Below the pieces are notes generated by a model. It was not told the DNA's origin, did no database searches, and worked only from the letters and a program-made list of their open reading frames with translations. Below are positions 25,829-40,321 of a stretch of DNA of 57,223 bases, one piece after another. The number at the start of each line of letters is the position of its first letter. The first letter of the stretch is position 1. The stretch spans positions 1-57,223 of the forward strand of contig JYFJ02002424.1 in NCBI GenBank assembly GCA_000934665.2, given 5' to 3'. The stretch comes from Catajapyx aquilonaris. Its lineage: Eukaryota. The position numbers were made by a program, and so were the translations under genes.

Positions 25829-26885
25829 TATCCATCATGTAATATGGTGAGGTACAGTGTAACATATTTCTAGTAATAAAATAGTTAGCTATCAGGCACT
25901 CTATTTAAGCCTGAAAGTGTTATGCATGAAATGTGATCAATGTATGTGACGCTGATTCCATAAAAAGTGTACCTTAATTATTACATTGGACTACTTCCAT
26001 ACTTTAACTGGGTCACTCAATTAGGGTCGCCCGATAGTTATTTTAGAATGAACAATTTTGATTAAAATTTTTTTGGCCAACGAGCATAGAGCAAGGTGAG
26101 AGAAAAGAGACCCAAAGAAGATGTGCATTGATATCTGCATTATTAATCTTTCCTCTCTGCTTGCTCTTGGCACTCGTGAATCTGAAATTGGAGCCGTTCG
26201 GATTTCCGCGTGTAATGAAACTCTGCGAAATCGCAGTCAAGTCAGGGTTTAGATGACGAAATTAATATTTGCACACGAAAAATTTTACGCTTTCTCGCTC
26301 GTTTCCTCTCTAGTGCCCTAGAGAATCTGGTACCCTCTATGAAACGTAGGTCCAGCAGCTAGAAAATTTGACATTGCGAATCAAGTGGACTGCACAATAT
26401 TGGTAATGTCATAAGAAAAAGTTTATTCTAGTCAACAACAGCAACAACAACAAAATAGTCGGGCGCCATGTCTCAAGAAAGTAAGGATTAGGTAGGTCGT
26501 CTTCGATCAGATGATTCCGAGGAGGAAGTGGACTGAACTAGAGGAGAAATGAAAATCTCCGGGGAAGCCGGGCTGGGATTATGGATAGATAGGACGAAGC
26601 GATAAATCCTGGAGGAAGTTTTGGGAGGAAGGTTCCGGACGCCCCTCCGGGACGACACGGGATGGATAAGGAGCTCCATTTGAAAAGGCGCCTGGACTCG
26701 ATCGCAACTGATTATTATATTTTTTCCCGCTTCTCTGAGTACTCCGGCCCATCAACAATAGACATTTCAGCCAACTATAGGAGAAGCTATATCAGGCCAA
26801 CCTTCTTGGGAATATACACAAGCCATTTTTTATATCCGGAAGTAATGTTCAAACTATGGCATATACTGTACCTTTAAATAATGTA

Positions 26886-27033
26886 CTATGGGGCTCAAAT
26901 TCTTTTGGCCACTTTATCCTGGTCTTGTAGCAACCCTTCGCACAGGCCCCATGGTGAGGAAGTGTGTGTGTGTGTATGTGAAGGGTTGCTTCAAGACCAG
27001 GATAAAGTGGCCAAAAGAATTTGAGCCCCACAG
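26886..27033. mobile_element. Short TA-flanked MITE (hairpin)
   Basis: About 55 bp near-perfect TIRs (ggggctcaaattcttttggccactttatcctggtcttg...), TA on both sides, short (GT)n spacer. Explains the mirror-image ORFs MGLKFFWPLYPG on both strands. Confidence 0.88.
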
Positions 27034-30000
27034 TACAGCATGGCTATCTCTAGATTATGGAGTATTTTCTCCTATGAAACCATTTATAAAGATTAAATAA
27101 TGTGTAATTACTGATAAACGTTTCTGAAAAATACTAATAGGTCTATAAACAAACATTTTTATTATTCGCATTTCATATTCCATATAAAACCACTTACGGG
27201 ATATAGCTTCACTTTAAATCAATTACGCACTTAATAAGCCAATCAAATCATATGCACGCTGCATAATTGAAATGTAAACGTATTCATTGGCGCTTATGTA
27301 CTAATTGGCAATTGATCGTCACAATCCAACTGACATCATGTCTAAAAGTAGACAGGTGTTGGTGGTCGCACCTGAACTCTACCTCTTCCTCCACTAATTG
27401 GGTCTGGATTTTCATGGGCGTACTGCATTGCAGTCTGACCCCTCGCATGTCAAGATGGGATAGGGATGAGTGACACTGGTCATCGATCGCTAGATTCTCT
27501 CTCACTCTCTCCAGCGTGTAATTTTCATATTTCCTCGGCATGTTCTCCTTTTTTTGATGATTGCGCATTGTTGGGACAAGCAGACAACCGGTTTCAATCT
27601 ACGTTTCTTTTAAGAGGTGGAAGTAAGCGTTGAGTCTTGTGGTATGAAGGTTATGAAATGTTTTCTCTCCGCTCCTTGTATCTAGAATTGCCTGCGTTTT
27701 TTTCCCAAGGATAATTACCACAAACCTGAGTTTCAGGAAACTACGGGTTCTTCAAGAAGCTCCAGTGTTATGTAATTGTTGCAGGTGCAGTGGCCTCCCA
27801 AAATTACTGCGGGTTACCAGGATGTTAGGAGGTCGTAAATATAAGAGGGTTTCGTAGCGTGATTATTCGTATTCCAAACCTCCTCTCCGAATATTAGGTG
27901 AACGTATCGAATTCCGACTCTGCTTACATCTCAAGAATGATGAATGCCACCGGAAAAAAACTCTGCTGTTCGTTACAGCTATCCATCCGGAGGAAGTAGA
28001 TGTTAAATGAGAATCTACTTTTTGCTGGTTCTTTTTTTAAATCCCCCTTTGTTCTTTGGCGGCAATCATTTTTTTTGATGGTAAAGCATAGAGAAGAAAT
28101 GAAGGCGCAGGATGGTGGCAATTGCCAGCGATAATAATTCAACAGCAAGGAAAATGAATCAGGGCTCATTTTGAAGTCGCGGGGAATTTAAAACCCCGTA
28201 AAAGTCTGACAAGCGAAGAACCATTACAACTTCGGATGCTGATTCAGGCAGAAGAAAATTGCCAAACCCAGCCGAGCGACTAAACACGCTACGTCTACAT
28301 TAGCTACGTTATTGACTTAGCCAAACCAGAAATGCGATTTAGAAGCAGAATTCTCAGTTGGTGCATGGACATTTGCCGTTTGGCCCATTTCGCTATTTTT
28401 TTTATATTATTGCCTAGTGACATTCTTGGATCTTATTGCTGTTTTTCACGCAAGTTAATGAACTATGTTTCATCCAGCTAGATGGCGTGGTCATTAGTTG
28501 CTGAAGGCGGAATAGGTTGAGGCAGGCTCTGGAGTTGGTACATAGATCTGAATTGCATGGCAGCCACTGCACCTATGGAGTGGGCCGGTGATTGCTTCAT
28601 TATTTCACGGGATCGGCGGTTGTCCGCCTTTCGCTTCCTGCGATTTGTCAATCTGGCTGCAAGCAAGGACGCCAGAGCCATAATGTGAGTAGGAGGCATC
28701 AGCACGAACCAGACGTGGTTATTAGGAATGACGTCTGCTGATGGTTTCATTTGTCAAGTTCGAACGGAGGGATAAAAACTGTTATATTATTTTATTTTGC
28801 AATGGGCAATTACTGTATATCAAAAAAGCTTTAGATAACCCTCATCACTCTAGAAAGGTAAAGTTTAGTTACGTTTGAGCGGAATTCTTTGGCATAAGAT
28901 TCACTGTAGCTTTTGCAGGCCAATTTTCCTTTATTAATTTTAAATAGCTAATACATATAGTCCGTTAAGCCAAAGAACGACATGACGTCACGTTCAGCCC
29001 ACATCCACCCGGCTCTTCCCTCCAATCATGTCCCCGAATTACTCTGCAAGCATCCTACTGCGCTTGCTCATAAAACACGGTTGGTGTGACGTCAGGTCGT
29101 TCTTTGTTTTAAAGGACTGTATCATACATGCAATTGTATAACTCGTAACCAAGCGTTGGGCAATAATTTTTCTCTGTAACCGCATCTGCTCAAATCGGAT
29201 ATATTTGACGTAAGTACAGCAGCAATGAGCTTTCAAAACCAGAGTAATCAAGCAGCCTCGTAACGTCAAAACTTGCTAACCGCTTTGAAAATGAAGCGTT
29301 ACTTGTATTTGGTCCTGTAAACCGGCATGCGCGCATCAATGATTTACATGTACATGTAATCCTAGGAGCCTGGGAATGGGTGTCAACAAAAATACCGCCG
29401 CGTGCCACATTTGAGGGGGGACTGCGTTAAAAAAGTACCTCTCGCATAGGTTACATTTGCAGAGCCTAGCAGCCGCATTTCATTTGAATTATACGTTCAC
29501 CCGAATTTTGGTGGACATCTGCCTCTCCCTAAACCGACAGAGTTGTGTTGGGACTGGAAATAATTTTATGGTGACATGCAAATTCATGAAGCCATGCGAA
29601 TGAATGAAGCATTTTCCCTGGTGCTGCTGGGGGGGGTGTCCGCGGATGAAAGCCTAAAAAATTAAAAACCAACGGCGGCCTTAACTCATGAAATGACAAT
29701 GCTCCCCCCCTCAGTGGGATATTTTCGCAAGATTGACTCTAGCCATACTTCTGGCATCGAATATTCTATCCGGGGCTATTTCGCTTCAACCTCTAACCCA
29801 TTTCTCGGAGGGCACTACTTGGAAAAGCCTTCCTTTTCCCAGCTAATTGAGTGGTGCGGGTTCCACCCCCGAGGCTTGGCCTAGTCCCAAAAACCAGTGG
29901 GGGTACTATAGGATGCTAGGATGGATGGTCTATTACGATAGGGACCACGATGGTCCTACCTCCAGCTAAGGTTTTAACCCTAACTTGCAGGGGGTTTATT

Positions 30001-32004
30001 ACTGCCTCGTTGTATGGGTTACTACAAGGCTACACTGACCCTTACTATTTTTTTTTCGTCGCCAAAACTCAATGGCCAAATGCATTAGGCTAATGGGCTC
30101 CGATCTAGCAGGCTAGCCAAATGCCATAGTTATCTGAGTCCCGGTTTATTGATTCTTGTGGGATTTTAGCCAGCATGGTTGAGCGATTATGTCCCTGCCA
30201 TGCGTGATTTTCTCGGTGTATTTTGGGTAGGGGCGCTCACCCCATGGGTTTGTTTTTGTGCCAAGTGTTAGAAGAGGCGTTGTTACAGTGCAGTTCACAC
30301 TTTTGAGTGTGGTTAACTGCACCATAAGGGTGTCACGTGTGTAGGTGTAGCCGCGGTTTAAAAAAAAAGAATAACACTAGGGATATTTTGGAGGCACTAA
30401 TGGCCCCATAAACGGATACAAGTGCCACAGTTCATCACTAGTTGCCGCCCATTCCACCCACCCACTTTTTTACTAGTGGCATTTAGCCATTAAGCGGGAA
30501 TTAAGATGGGTTCAACGACATAAAGTTTGGGTGGGCGGTATTATCGCGCCACAGCTTGTCAACACGTTTTATGACGCGAGCTATCGCAAGAAAATTGTTA
30601 ACAAATCTCACGTACGTTTTGGGCCCTGAAATATGGCCCCGGTCGTGCCACCTAACTGACAAGGGTTTTCAATTTTGTTTTGACAGGATTTTTTTTTTTG
30701 GAGCGAATCAAGTGGGAAAATAAATTAGGGCAACTAATGAGATTGCGCTTCCAGCTGGGAGGTACCGGCACAACTAACACGGATTGTGCGATTAAGCAAC
30801 GTATAGTCGACCACCTCTAATGTGCTGCAGTTGTCGCGAAAGACATAGTGCTAAGTGCGTCCAGGACAAACTCAGCACTGTTGCGTTGAAGCTTTTGAAA
30901 CGGCTCTGTTGTCTTGTTGGTTCAAGTCGTTAGGTGGTTTTTGGGCGGTGGAGCAACTGCCGCCATGTGGACACAAACATTTGGAGCTGGCCACCTAGCA
31001 AACTATCTGCTTAGATTAAGCGCCCGCAATGCTTGTATGTACTCGTCTGTCCACTTTCAGTGGTAGAGCTCTGTATGCTTTTCCTATTTGCACAGATCAA
31101 GAAACAGGACCATTTGTTCATAGTGTAGTTACACCCCCTCTTTTTTTGAGAGCTGGTTTGGGTTGTCGCCTCGACTGTGAGCTTGATTTATTTCGCAACT
31201 TTTGAATGGGGTAGAATTAGTCCTGGCACGTGCGATTGCATTCATATCCTTGCGCAGTGCATGATGAAATTCGCTCAGCGTTTGCTGGGGAAGGAATTAC
31301 GATTGGAAATTGCTTGTCATTTTTCCTTTGCGTGCGTGTAAAGGACATTGTAATTTATAAGCCCCTTCGATTCAAAAGTACCATGCATCAAACCCTACTA
31401 CTGTACCATAAGGAAAAATATTGACCCCTACTCACTCCACCCCGCTATTCCGTCCCCGCCTCCCCACTTTCCCCTCCTCTCCCTTTTTTAATGGCTCAAT
31501 TTAGGCTCCACTTGAAACTCAGGAGGAAGTTCGAAAATGAAATTAGCAAGGCCTGACATGTCCTGTATGAGAACAGCTCGCATGCAGGAAATTAAAAATG
31601 TTGTGAAGTATGTTCGCGGACGGGACTTGTAACCGCTGTGCAAGTTGAACTCGACCTTCCCAGCCTTCGCTCCCCCAATTCATAAAGTCCACATTTTGGA
31701 CCGCTGAACTGTCCCCTGGCCTTCCCCTCCCACTATGCGGTTGCTCAGCTGTGAACAACGCTGGCCGGACGAGTACACTCTGGTTCACTGTACAACAATG
31801 GCTTCCTACTCGTTTGGATTGGTCCCTCATATTATCGGCGGCCGGGGTATTATCGGAGTGTTGGCGATCCGCTTTACTTCGGTATGGATCCAGCAGATGG
31901 CGAGTCGACCGATAAACCGCATGAGGTAGTCAGCTAATCATCTGTAATTTAGTCACATCAGAGGTTTTAATATTAATGCGGAAGGTTAAGACACCACTTC
32001 TGAG

Positions 32005-32125
32005 ACATGTAGTTCGATCCTCTGACCTGACTAAAGATATTTTTCATATAGGCGCGGATTGATTGTCTTCGTATTGGCGGTGGTTTTCTATGGGTTCTCC
32101 AGTATCTTTCCACTTCAAAATCCAT
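32005..32125 (+). mobile_element. Degraded SINE fragment
   Basis: B-box-like gttcgatcc followed by the core-like ggttttctatgggttctccagtat. Confidence 0.4.
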
Positions 32126-35086
32126 TTGAGGTTGGAGTTAGAAAATGGTAAGGACTTTCCGGTTTATGGTAATAAAATTAAGTCAGTACCTTTTGATGTA
32201 CATTAGTGGTTATAACTATTCTTCTGGCCTGCTCATGAGGTGCTGCAGTAAGCCAATTGGTATCAGGAAGTGACAGAGTGTCTCTACTTCCACTAGGACT
32301 AAAAAGATGGCGGGGAAGACATGGGTGGTGAGCGAGAGTCACGTGAGCGGGTAAGCCAATCGCCCTGAGCCGGGTATCAGAGACAAGGTTTTAGCCTGAA
32401 AAATGGATGGCAGCACGTAGAGAGCAGCGCTGTGGGACCGGGATGCAAAAAGTTAGTGCCTGTGCGTCGCGTGGAGGTTGACTATAGGCCGAACCATGCA
32501 GAGGGTCTCGTAAATCGGCGGGGTAAGCCGGGGATTGAAGTTATGGCCCCCATAAAAGTCAATCCTGACCTCCAACAGATGATGGTGAGGGATCGTGAGG
32601 AGGTTCCAATGGCTAGGCCTCCCCCAAATATTGGCCGCCAATGGCCCTGCATGCCCATACGCCACCCATGACACTCTACATACCAAGTGTTGTACCGTAC
32701 TTTTTTTAAAAAAAAAGAAGAAGAAAAAAAAGACGAGCCTGAAATCTTTTATTGATAGAAAGGGATAAATCTAAATTTGGTGGCTGCATTTCCCGAGTCC
32801 TTTACTGTCACCACTGGGACAATACCCAACGGTAGTAAAGCCATATCCAACAAGTGCCCTTCGGCTCTCGGAATTGCCCACCCTGCAATGCATTTTAGCA
32901 TTTATTCGCGCAACAATCAGCACCCAGGTCACCCCATAAAGTGCGTCGTTGCACCGTACACCGCCGTCAATTGCTCCGCTGATCGATTGTTTTACGCCCT
33001 TTATGATCTTTTACATTACTAGCGGGGCCCTCTTTGGAAGTAACAATATCAAGGCGGAAGATTGAAAACAGTTTACAACCTGGTTTTACTACTAGCTTCA
33101 TTCGCCTCTGTTCGCGAGACTAGTCGCGAGTGAAGATCTCGTTATGACTCGGCAGAATATATGCAAGACTTCTCATTTTTATTGCTTTCGTCTTTTCGAT
33201 GCAACCGGAAGTATCAGACAATTCGGTGTTATATCAATGTACAATTTTTTGCTGACAATGACAGAGCCTGCGTTGCACAGTCCCCTCGCCAATTTTCAAG
33301 GGGTGTATCTATTTCCTGCTGGGAACAAGCTCTTTCCCATTTTTTCCCTGGGTCTCTAATGAGGAAATTCCATCCGAGAGTAGTTCATGGGATGAACTTC
33401 ATTGCCTTTGTTTCCGCTCTTTTCGACCTCTCAATCAAAGATCAGAAAAGATTAACTTCCATATATAACGAACCTAATATATGCACCATTTCAGGTTACT
33501 GCGTTTAAAAAAGTGAAGATATGACAAACCAACATCATTAGATGTTTATTCCAGGGCCTTTCACCCTGACGTAATAGTGTGTCGGAGATAAAAATACAGT
33601 CATGTCAGTTGCCACTCTTTCCTTTCATGGTTCACCTTTCATCATGGAATTAGTCGGCTGAGTGAATTCACTTTTCTAGGTCGCTGATCTTCGCATAGTA
33701 TGACAGAGTGTACGCCAATTTACGTATTTTGAATGCGATCCTACTGGCTTGGTGGTAATGTTTAAAACATTACATTAAGCATCGTAACTTTACATTGAAT
33801 GTAAAGTAATTTTTCCTACACTCTAAAAGTTAGTTGAAACCAAAAACATGGCAAAATTACCAGATCAAAGAGTTAACATGCCGTACTGAAAGTTTTAAAA
33901 AATTATCATGGAAGGTGTCAGTGTCGCACAGTAAAATGTTAAATATTGTTAAAACTATCGACCAATTTCCAGCTCACATCGTAAAAACTCTAAGTTATAT
34001 CAAAAAGCAGTCATTTGTCGATATTTTACAGATTAGTCAAATTATACCGGTTAGAATAACGAGTCACATTTAAATATTACTTCTTAATTACTGCATTATT
34101 GAATAATTTACTAATAGAAATTCAACATTAATGGTACAAAATTACTACACAGTGCATAATAATGGCTCGGTTCAGAAATAATTTTCCACATGATATTTAT
34201 TAACAAGTTTACGTGGCATTGGGACTGGACTAAGATAACCTCAAAGGTCGTAGCCACATTACGTTCGAGCACGGCATGTAAGGCCTGCTGGCCTTAGAAA
34301 CAATTAGGGCCTAATCTCACTTTGATGACAATCCAATCCGGAGTATATTACACAACATCCTCTAGCTATACGGCCGTCGCTGATATCATTTCCTCTCTCT
34401 ATTCAAGGTTTTCGTTAATGATGGATCTAAAAAGGCTCCCCATTTGCACAATTAGGTTACCTTATATCCTACAAAAACACAAGAAAAAATGATATTCTTC
34501 AGTCAGATAGCAAATTGTTTCCCACATTAGCAGTTCCAGCTGTGTGATTGATACACGAACCTACAGGCATTTCATTACAAGATTCAATATGAGCATTAAA
34601 CAGTCCTGCGCAATTTTTCACAAAATAGTTTTCTAACTAATTTAATATTACACTCATTGGACAAGTAACAATACATGTATAAGAGATGTCCTTAGGTTCA
34701 ACTGATATATTATGACAAAACGCATCTTAATCGCATTGGGTTTTCGGTATAAGTCAGATTGCCAACACCAAAGTGTACGCATCACCTCCACCCTGATTCA
34801 GTGTTTCGGCTGCCAGAACTATACCCCAAATGAGCCCTGTACAGTATAGCCAAAAGCAGTAAATGTCATCCAAGGTGTTAATGGATAATCACATCTCTGT
34901 CGCTTATGAAAGTCCACCCCATAAACCCCGCCGACCTGTTTGGCAAAATGCCCCGTGCCCAGATTATCACAAAGAAAATATCAACCTTCAGTGAGCGTAA
35001 ATTATTTTTGAGTGCATTAACTAGCTGAATACCTTGTCATTTGTGTCAGATTGATTAAATTGCGGTGTAGGGAGAAGAAAACTTAC

Positions 35087-35225
35087 CTCTTCAACTTTCC
35101 TGAAGACCCGTAGGAAATTATGGCCAGCCAACTTCTTTAGGTCGTCCACTTCCCAGTTACTGTCTTCCATGAGTTTGGCGAAGAGGTAGGGATACTTGGA
35201 TACGTCTTCCAGTCCACGAGGTACA
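35087..35225 (-). CDS. DPEP1: Dipeptidase 1-like gene, coding exon E
   Basis: tttacag|T GTA...GAG|gtaagt; 139 nt, phase 2 to 0. Encodes (Y)VPRGLEDVSKYPYLFAKLMEDSNWEVDDLKKLAGHNFLRVFRKVEE (PxGLEDVSKYP and NxLRVF motifs). Confidence 0.96.
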
Positions 35226-35350
35226 CTGTAAATTGAAAACACAATGATGCATAATCATGAAATGTTGGTTCAAGTTGCAGTGACTTCGTTTTAAAAATAT
35301 ATATGGGGTTCCATGTCTGCTTGGATATTAATTATTTCCATGTTACAGTA

Positions 35351-35517
35351 CAACCATTTTCAGAAAGGGACGTGATGTATGATGACGTTTCATAAAGAAC
35401 CAATCAGAGGCAGGATCCTCCCCCCCCCCCCCCNCCAATAAGCTTCAAGTATCCCATTTGATCGTGCCTCTGATTGGTGCTTTATGAAACGTCATCATCC
35501 CTTTCTGAAAGTGGTCG
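35351..35517. mobile_element. Mariner-type MITE upstream of the exon E acceptor
   Basis: TA|caaccattttcagaaaggga...tccctttctgaaagtggtcg|TA; inner arms atgatgacgtttcataaag.accaatcagaggca are complementary. Confidence 0.82.
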
Positions 35518-37002
35518 TACTTTATCTACATTGCACATCAATTTTAAAACTTGAAAATCCTCATGCTGTGTCTCCAACTCCAGTGTGACTCTAATCAGTC
35601 TACATTTAAGGTTCTTCACATGCATAATAAAATTCACTAACGCAAGGTGCACCGCCGAGAATTCGATAGCTACTAATTTCCACTAGCAGCTATACCCCCA
35701 CAAGTTCCGGAGACAATAGTAATATTTCTACTCGCAGCCTCATTAGAAAGCGAGCAGTCGGGCCCATAAATTTCTTGCTCAGAATGAAATTACAGTAAGA
35801 GTACGTAATTGCACCACAAAAACCCCAGTACCTCTGGGCAGCACAGTAGTCGTGCCCGTTCGACAGGGTCATTAATTACGAAATGGGTTTTAGGGATGAG
35901 CAGGGGGGGGGGGGGTACTGGGAGAGAGAAAAAATAGGACTAGAGGGTAGGCTGGGACGAGTCAAAGTGACAACTTGATGAAGATTTCACGAAGGCATGA
36001 ATTGAGAATGAACTTTTTGTACTGTCGCTCATGGTATAGAACCTGAACGTATCCTCCCCCTAAAAATATGGTAGTAGTAGATTTGTCAACGAAGCTTTGC
36101 ATTAAAAAATTAAACACGGAATCCCTGGCACTTTCTAGTGGTTCCAGCTTTTCCCAGCTCCTAATCCCAAGAATCTCCCACACTCGCACAAATTATTCCA
36201 TTCCGAAGAGCTCCCAAATGGATTCAGCTTCCCTGTTTTTTTCTCACTCCCTTGCTTTTTTTCCAGTCTTCTTTTGGGGCCATCCTCCTTGAGTTTTACG
36301 GTACGCATGGTAGTATCTGAACCATCCTCTTCCTATTTTCTCGAGAACCAATCCTACAGATTTTTTTTTGTAGCACCCTCCATGCCCTCCTTCTTTTGCA
36401 ATATTAAATGTTGGCTAGACGTATGTCGCCCAAAACCCAGCTGCTCCCGGCTTCTATGGAGGGTAATATTTGTCCACTTAGAGCATGGCGTAATTTCGTT
36501 GGCGCGATGTACGGACGCAATGCTCTTGTCAGGCTTGGAATTAAAGTGTGTGTGTGTGTAAAGGAGAGAAAGGATGGGGATCAAATAGCCACGCTTTTCT
36601 CTCCGCATGTGTCTCATTGTTGTGCTCAGGCGCCGAACGAACTTTTTTTTTACGGTTTTCGATCCACTCTTTCCCCATTTCTCTGACTCTGTCGGCCATT
36701 AAAATAATGGTGATTGGCCGCCACGATCGACTTGCCCAGACATCCCTTTGTGTCCACCTCTGTGCCATCGGTTTGACAAGCTTAACTTTTTTTCCTTCTT
36801 AGGCTTGTCTTTCTTCTTTGTGTGCCCTGCCCTTTATTTAATCTTCTTTGAGAGAGCTCTTACAAGTTAGTAGTGGACGGAAGAAGTCCGTTTAATATTG
36901 CTAGGATTCTAGCTCTCTTTTGATAATCTGGACACGAAAGGGGGCGTTGGAAAATTGTAAAATTTGGAAAATTTTATAATATGCGGGGAATAAGTATACA
37001 GA

Positions 37003-37342
37003 GGGTGTTTTTTATAACTGATATCGCCCGATAGTAGTTATTGTTGTGTAGCTTGTTGTGCCCCGATCCAGGTTCCCCATTACTCTCAGTGGGTCGAATA
37101 TAGCAGTTGCTATGTATAATGGGGCAATTGGTTAGGGGTAGTTGGTTAAAGGATAATTTTCCTTTCCACATGATTATTAGCCTCTAACAGAGGTGTTGCC
37201 TCCCCCTGATGCAATGACTCGCACCTCTGTTGAAGGATAATAACCCAGCCTCATGTGGAAAGGAAATCCTTTAATTTAACAGACTGCAACAAGCTACAAA
37301 AATAACTACTATCGGGCGATATCAGCCTATAAAAAACGACCC
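37003..37342. mobile_element. Degenerate fold-back element / MITE
   Basis: Arms ctgatatcgcccgatagtagttatt...gtagcttgttg / caacaagctac...aataactactatcgggcgatatcag; inner pairs tttcctttccacatga / tcatgtggaaaggaaa and aacagaggtg / cacctctgtt. Confidence 0.75.
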
Positions 37343-40321
37343 ACGAATTTGGAACACCATTTTGTTGAATCCATGCAATATTAGCAAAGGACTAATCTTC
37401 CGAATAGTCTTAATTACAAGAAATGTTACAAAGTCATATTTTCAATCATATTAACTACATAGAGTATAGCGCGTGTAACTTTTTTAAACTTCAAACAAGG
37501 TACAGGTACCGTATATTAAAATTTATTTGAAATATTTGTGTATCAATGAGACAAATCCTTCCACCTTGAAGTGACCATTTGACACAAGCTGTAGGAAAAG
37601 AGAGAAGAAACTCCCCAAAAATCTGCGGAAATAAGCCGGAAAGACTGTTGCAGCCATAAAACTTTACATGGCTCTCCTGAAAAGTTGGGCCGAGTTGGGA
37701 CACGCCCTTCTTGCCCCAACCCACTCAATTTAAAGCTTACTAGCCCTTGCCCCAAAATATGACAAATTTCAACAAATATTCACAAGCACCCTCATGCAGG
37801 CCACAAACATTCCACTAATACCCCCCATACAATAATTATGTCCCCATTTTTTTCCCCCAGCCCAACTCTAAGAAAAGGACAACTCCTCGCTCCAGTTAGG
37901 CTGCACACTGCTCTGCAATGCGCATATAAGTATAAGTAATGTTATGAACGCTTGGTACAGCATACGGCAATTACCCCGAAACGGAGCTAAAAGGAGAGTA
38001 ATACGCCCTGGGAAGAGACTGCAGCGCGCCCTACTGTAGACTATGAATCTCAGCCCCCTCCTTCCCCCCCCCCCTCCCCCGCCCTCTCACAAAAGCAGCG
38101 GAGGGAGGGATATATCCTCTGAAAATAATTATCAATGACTGCATAGAAATGCGCGCATAAGAATGCTCGCTACTGCTAATCACCCAGACTGTCCCGGATT
38201 AGCTTTTCCACGTCTCCCTTCTATATTACCCGTTGATTACCGTCGAGGATTTAGGCGCCCATGTTCCTGTTCTAAATCCGGCTGATACTATAGCACCGTG
38301 CAGGTCATAAAAAAGTCTACCCACAACCTCCGCCTCTCCCCACAGTAACTCGGTTTATAACCAGCCACCAGAGAGCTTCTCAGAATCAGATGTTGGATCT
38401 TTCTAGCATGTTCAAAATAAAGACGGCTTCATTTCAATCAAGAGGGTGTGAGTGTGGTACTGGTGAAGTCACTTGTGGGTAACATTTCGCATCGCAGGTA
38501 TACAGTAATAGATTTAGAGCCAGGGTCGTTCTGCACAAATGCCTGCACATAAATTGTGTAATAAATGCGACTTCCTCTAGCTTCGGGGACATCTGATATA
38601 TTGTGGACACAATGCTCACTAAACCGTGTCATTGCAGATAATACGACAGGGTGGAATAGGTACCTAATTTTGTATCTGAGAGTTTTATTACCGGTAATAT
38701 TTTCAAGATCACAGTTTTGTGGGCAGTTACGGGGCAGAAGATTCCATTGCTCCGTTTTATAGAAAACTGACGAAGCTAAAACGAGGCAGTTACATTCTCT
38801 GGTGCGTGCTCGGCAGGTAGAAAAGGGTTCTACTTTCTAGCACAGCTTTATGTCACCTGAAGCGAGAAGTTACCAACTTGCTGCGCAGTATATCTGCGGT
38901 AACTACATAGGCGCATCTAAAATCCTAAATTCATCAGTATTGGTATATACAGTATATGATTGATGGATGACTAATGTTTTTTTGATGTAGAGACGATAAC
39001 ACAATATATAGGAGTGACTTTATGCATCTTCGACGTCAGCATATCCATGCCTACGTAATGTATTTTACGTGCTAATTCACAGAGATGGTTCTTATAGGCC
39101 TACGAAGCTTTCAAAACAGGTGCTATACAAATATACCTGCTGATTGGGTCTCGACCTCCTGAAGGTGAAATTGAATTAGGCCTGATTTAACTTAGTCTTG
39201 AGAGGCCTTTCAGGCAAGTTTCTCAGTGTCGTCGTTGTTAGAAACAAAATTTACATTCATCTATACTCTAGAGATTGATTATGTGTAAATCTACTTATTA
39301 AAATCTAAAAATTAATAGGTTGTTCTAGGACGGAGCGCTTCTATATGGTGCTAAAGAACGCGTCACATTTTCTTGATTATGAAACAATGGAATGGAGAGC
39401 TCGGATAATTTTTATTCAGGATCAAAATTTATGGGATTCGATTAATTCGCACAAAAAATACGAAACAATGCGGGATTTTCAGATTTGTTTGGAGCCAAAG
39501 GGTGCCTATTTATATGAGAGTACCTACAGTTAGATCTCACATTTCAAAACTTCAGTTGTAGCTAGTTGGAGGACTGCATTCATATCTTAGAATAATACGA
39601 ATAACTTGAGACAAAAAATTCCGAGACTTCCAGAAAGTTTCATAAAGAGTTCTTTTTTCAAAAGCAGATTTTTTTTTAAATGAAGGGCTTTTAATACTGC
39701 AGCATGTACTAGCTTCAGGGTGGTAGATTTTCACCACTTCTATGTTACCTTCTGATTTGTATCAAAAGAAAGCAAAAGTTCCGGCAAGACCCAGAAAAAA
39801 ACCATAAAAGGAATATTCTACAAAAAAATGAATCTCCACCATCCTTTACAGTTGTAAAATCGTCGTTGGCATTACAATATTATGTTCCAAATGCCTTCAT
39901 CATATTTATTTAACGATGCAACTTGAGACATCACAGAAACGTCTGTCCCGAAAAGAATGCCTTTGACTTAACATGGAGGAATGCTTTTGAACAGCAAGTG
40001 CACCGGCAATTTACTCTTGATAGCCGAATGGAGAAGTGTCCCCAGCAACTAACATTGTCTCCAGTGTCATTAAGGTCAGCTCGGGGCGGAACGTAAAAAT
40101 GCCAGCGAATGCCTTTTTGTTGCCGCTAGTCTGGAGTGATTTTCAGACCAGATTCGCCTGCCAGGTGGGTTCCACATAAAACCTTTACGGGCAGAACCAA
40201 GCTCCGGACTCAAGTTCTCAATACCCATATGATATTAATGATAGTCGTATGTGTACATGCAATATCAGAGCAGATCATCCTTGAGATCATCCTTCCAACA
40301 GTCTAACACTGGTTGTATGTA

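Noticed and set aside
26488..26710. GC-rich segment that may be a LINE or Penelope 3' relic
   Set aside because: No RT, endonuclease or GIY-YIG motif recognisable; cannot be supported without a search.
27342..27371. Alternative last exon (cag|GTG CGA CCA..., VRPPTPVYF*)
   Set aside because: Purine-rich acceptor, no similarity beyond VR, and no conserved Cys; 17448-17549 fits far better.
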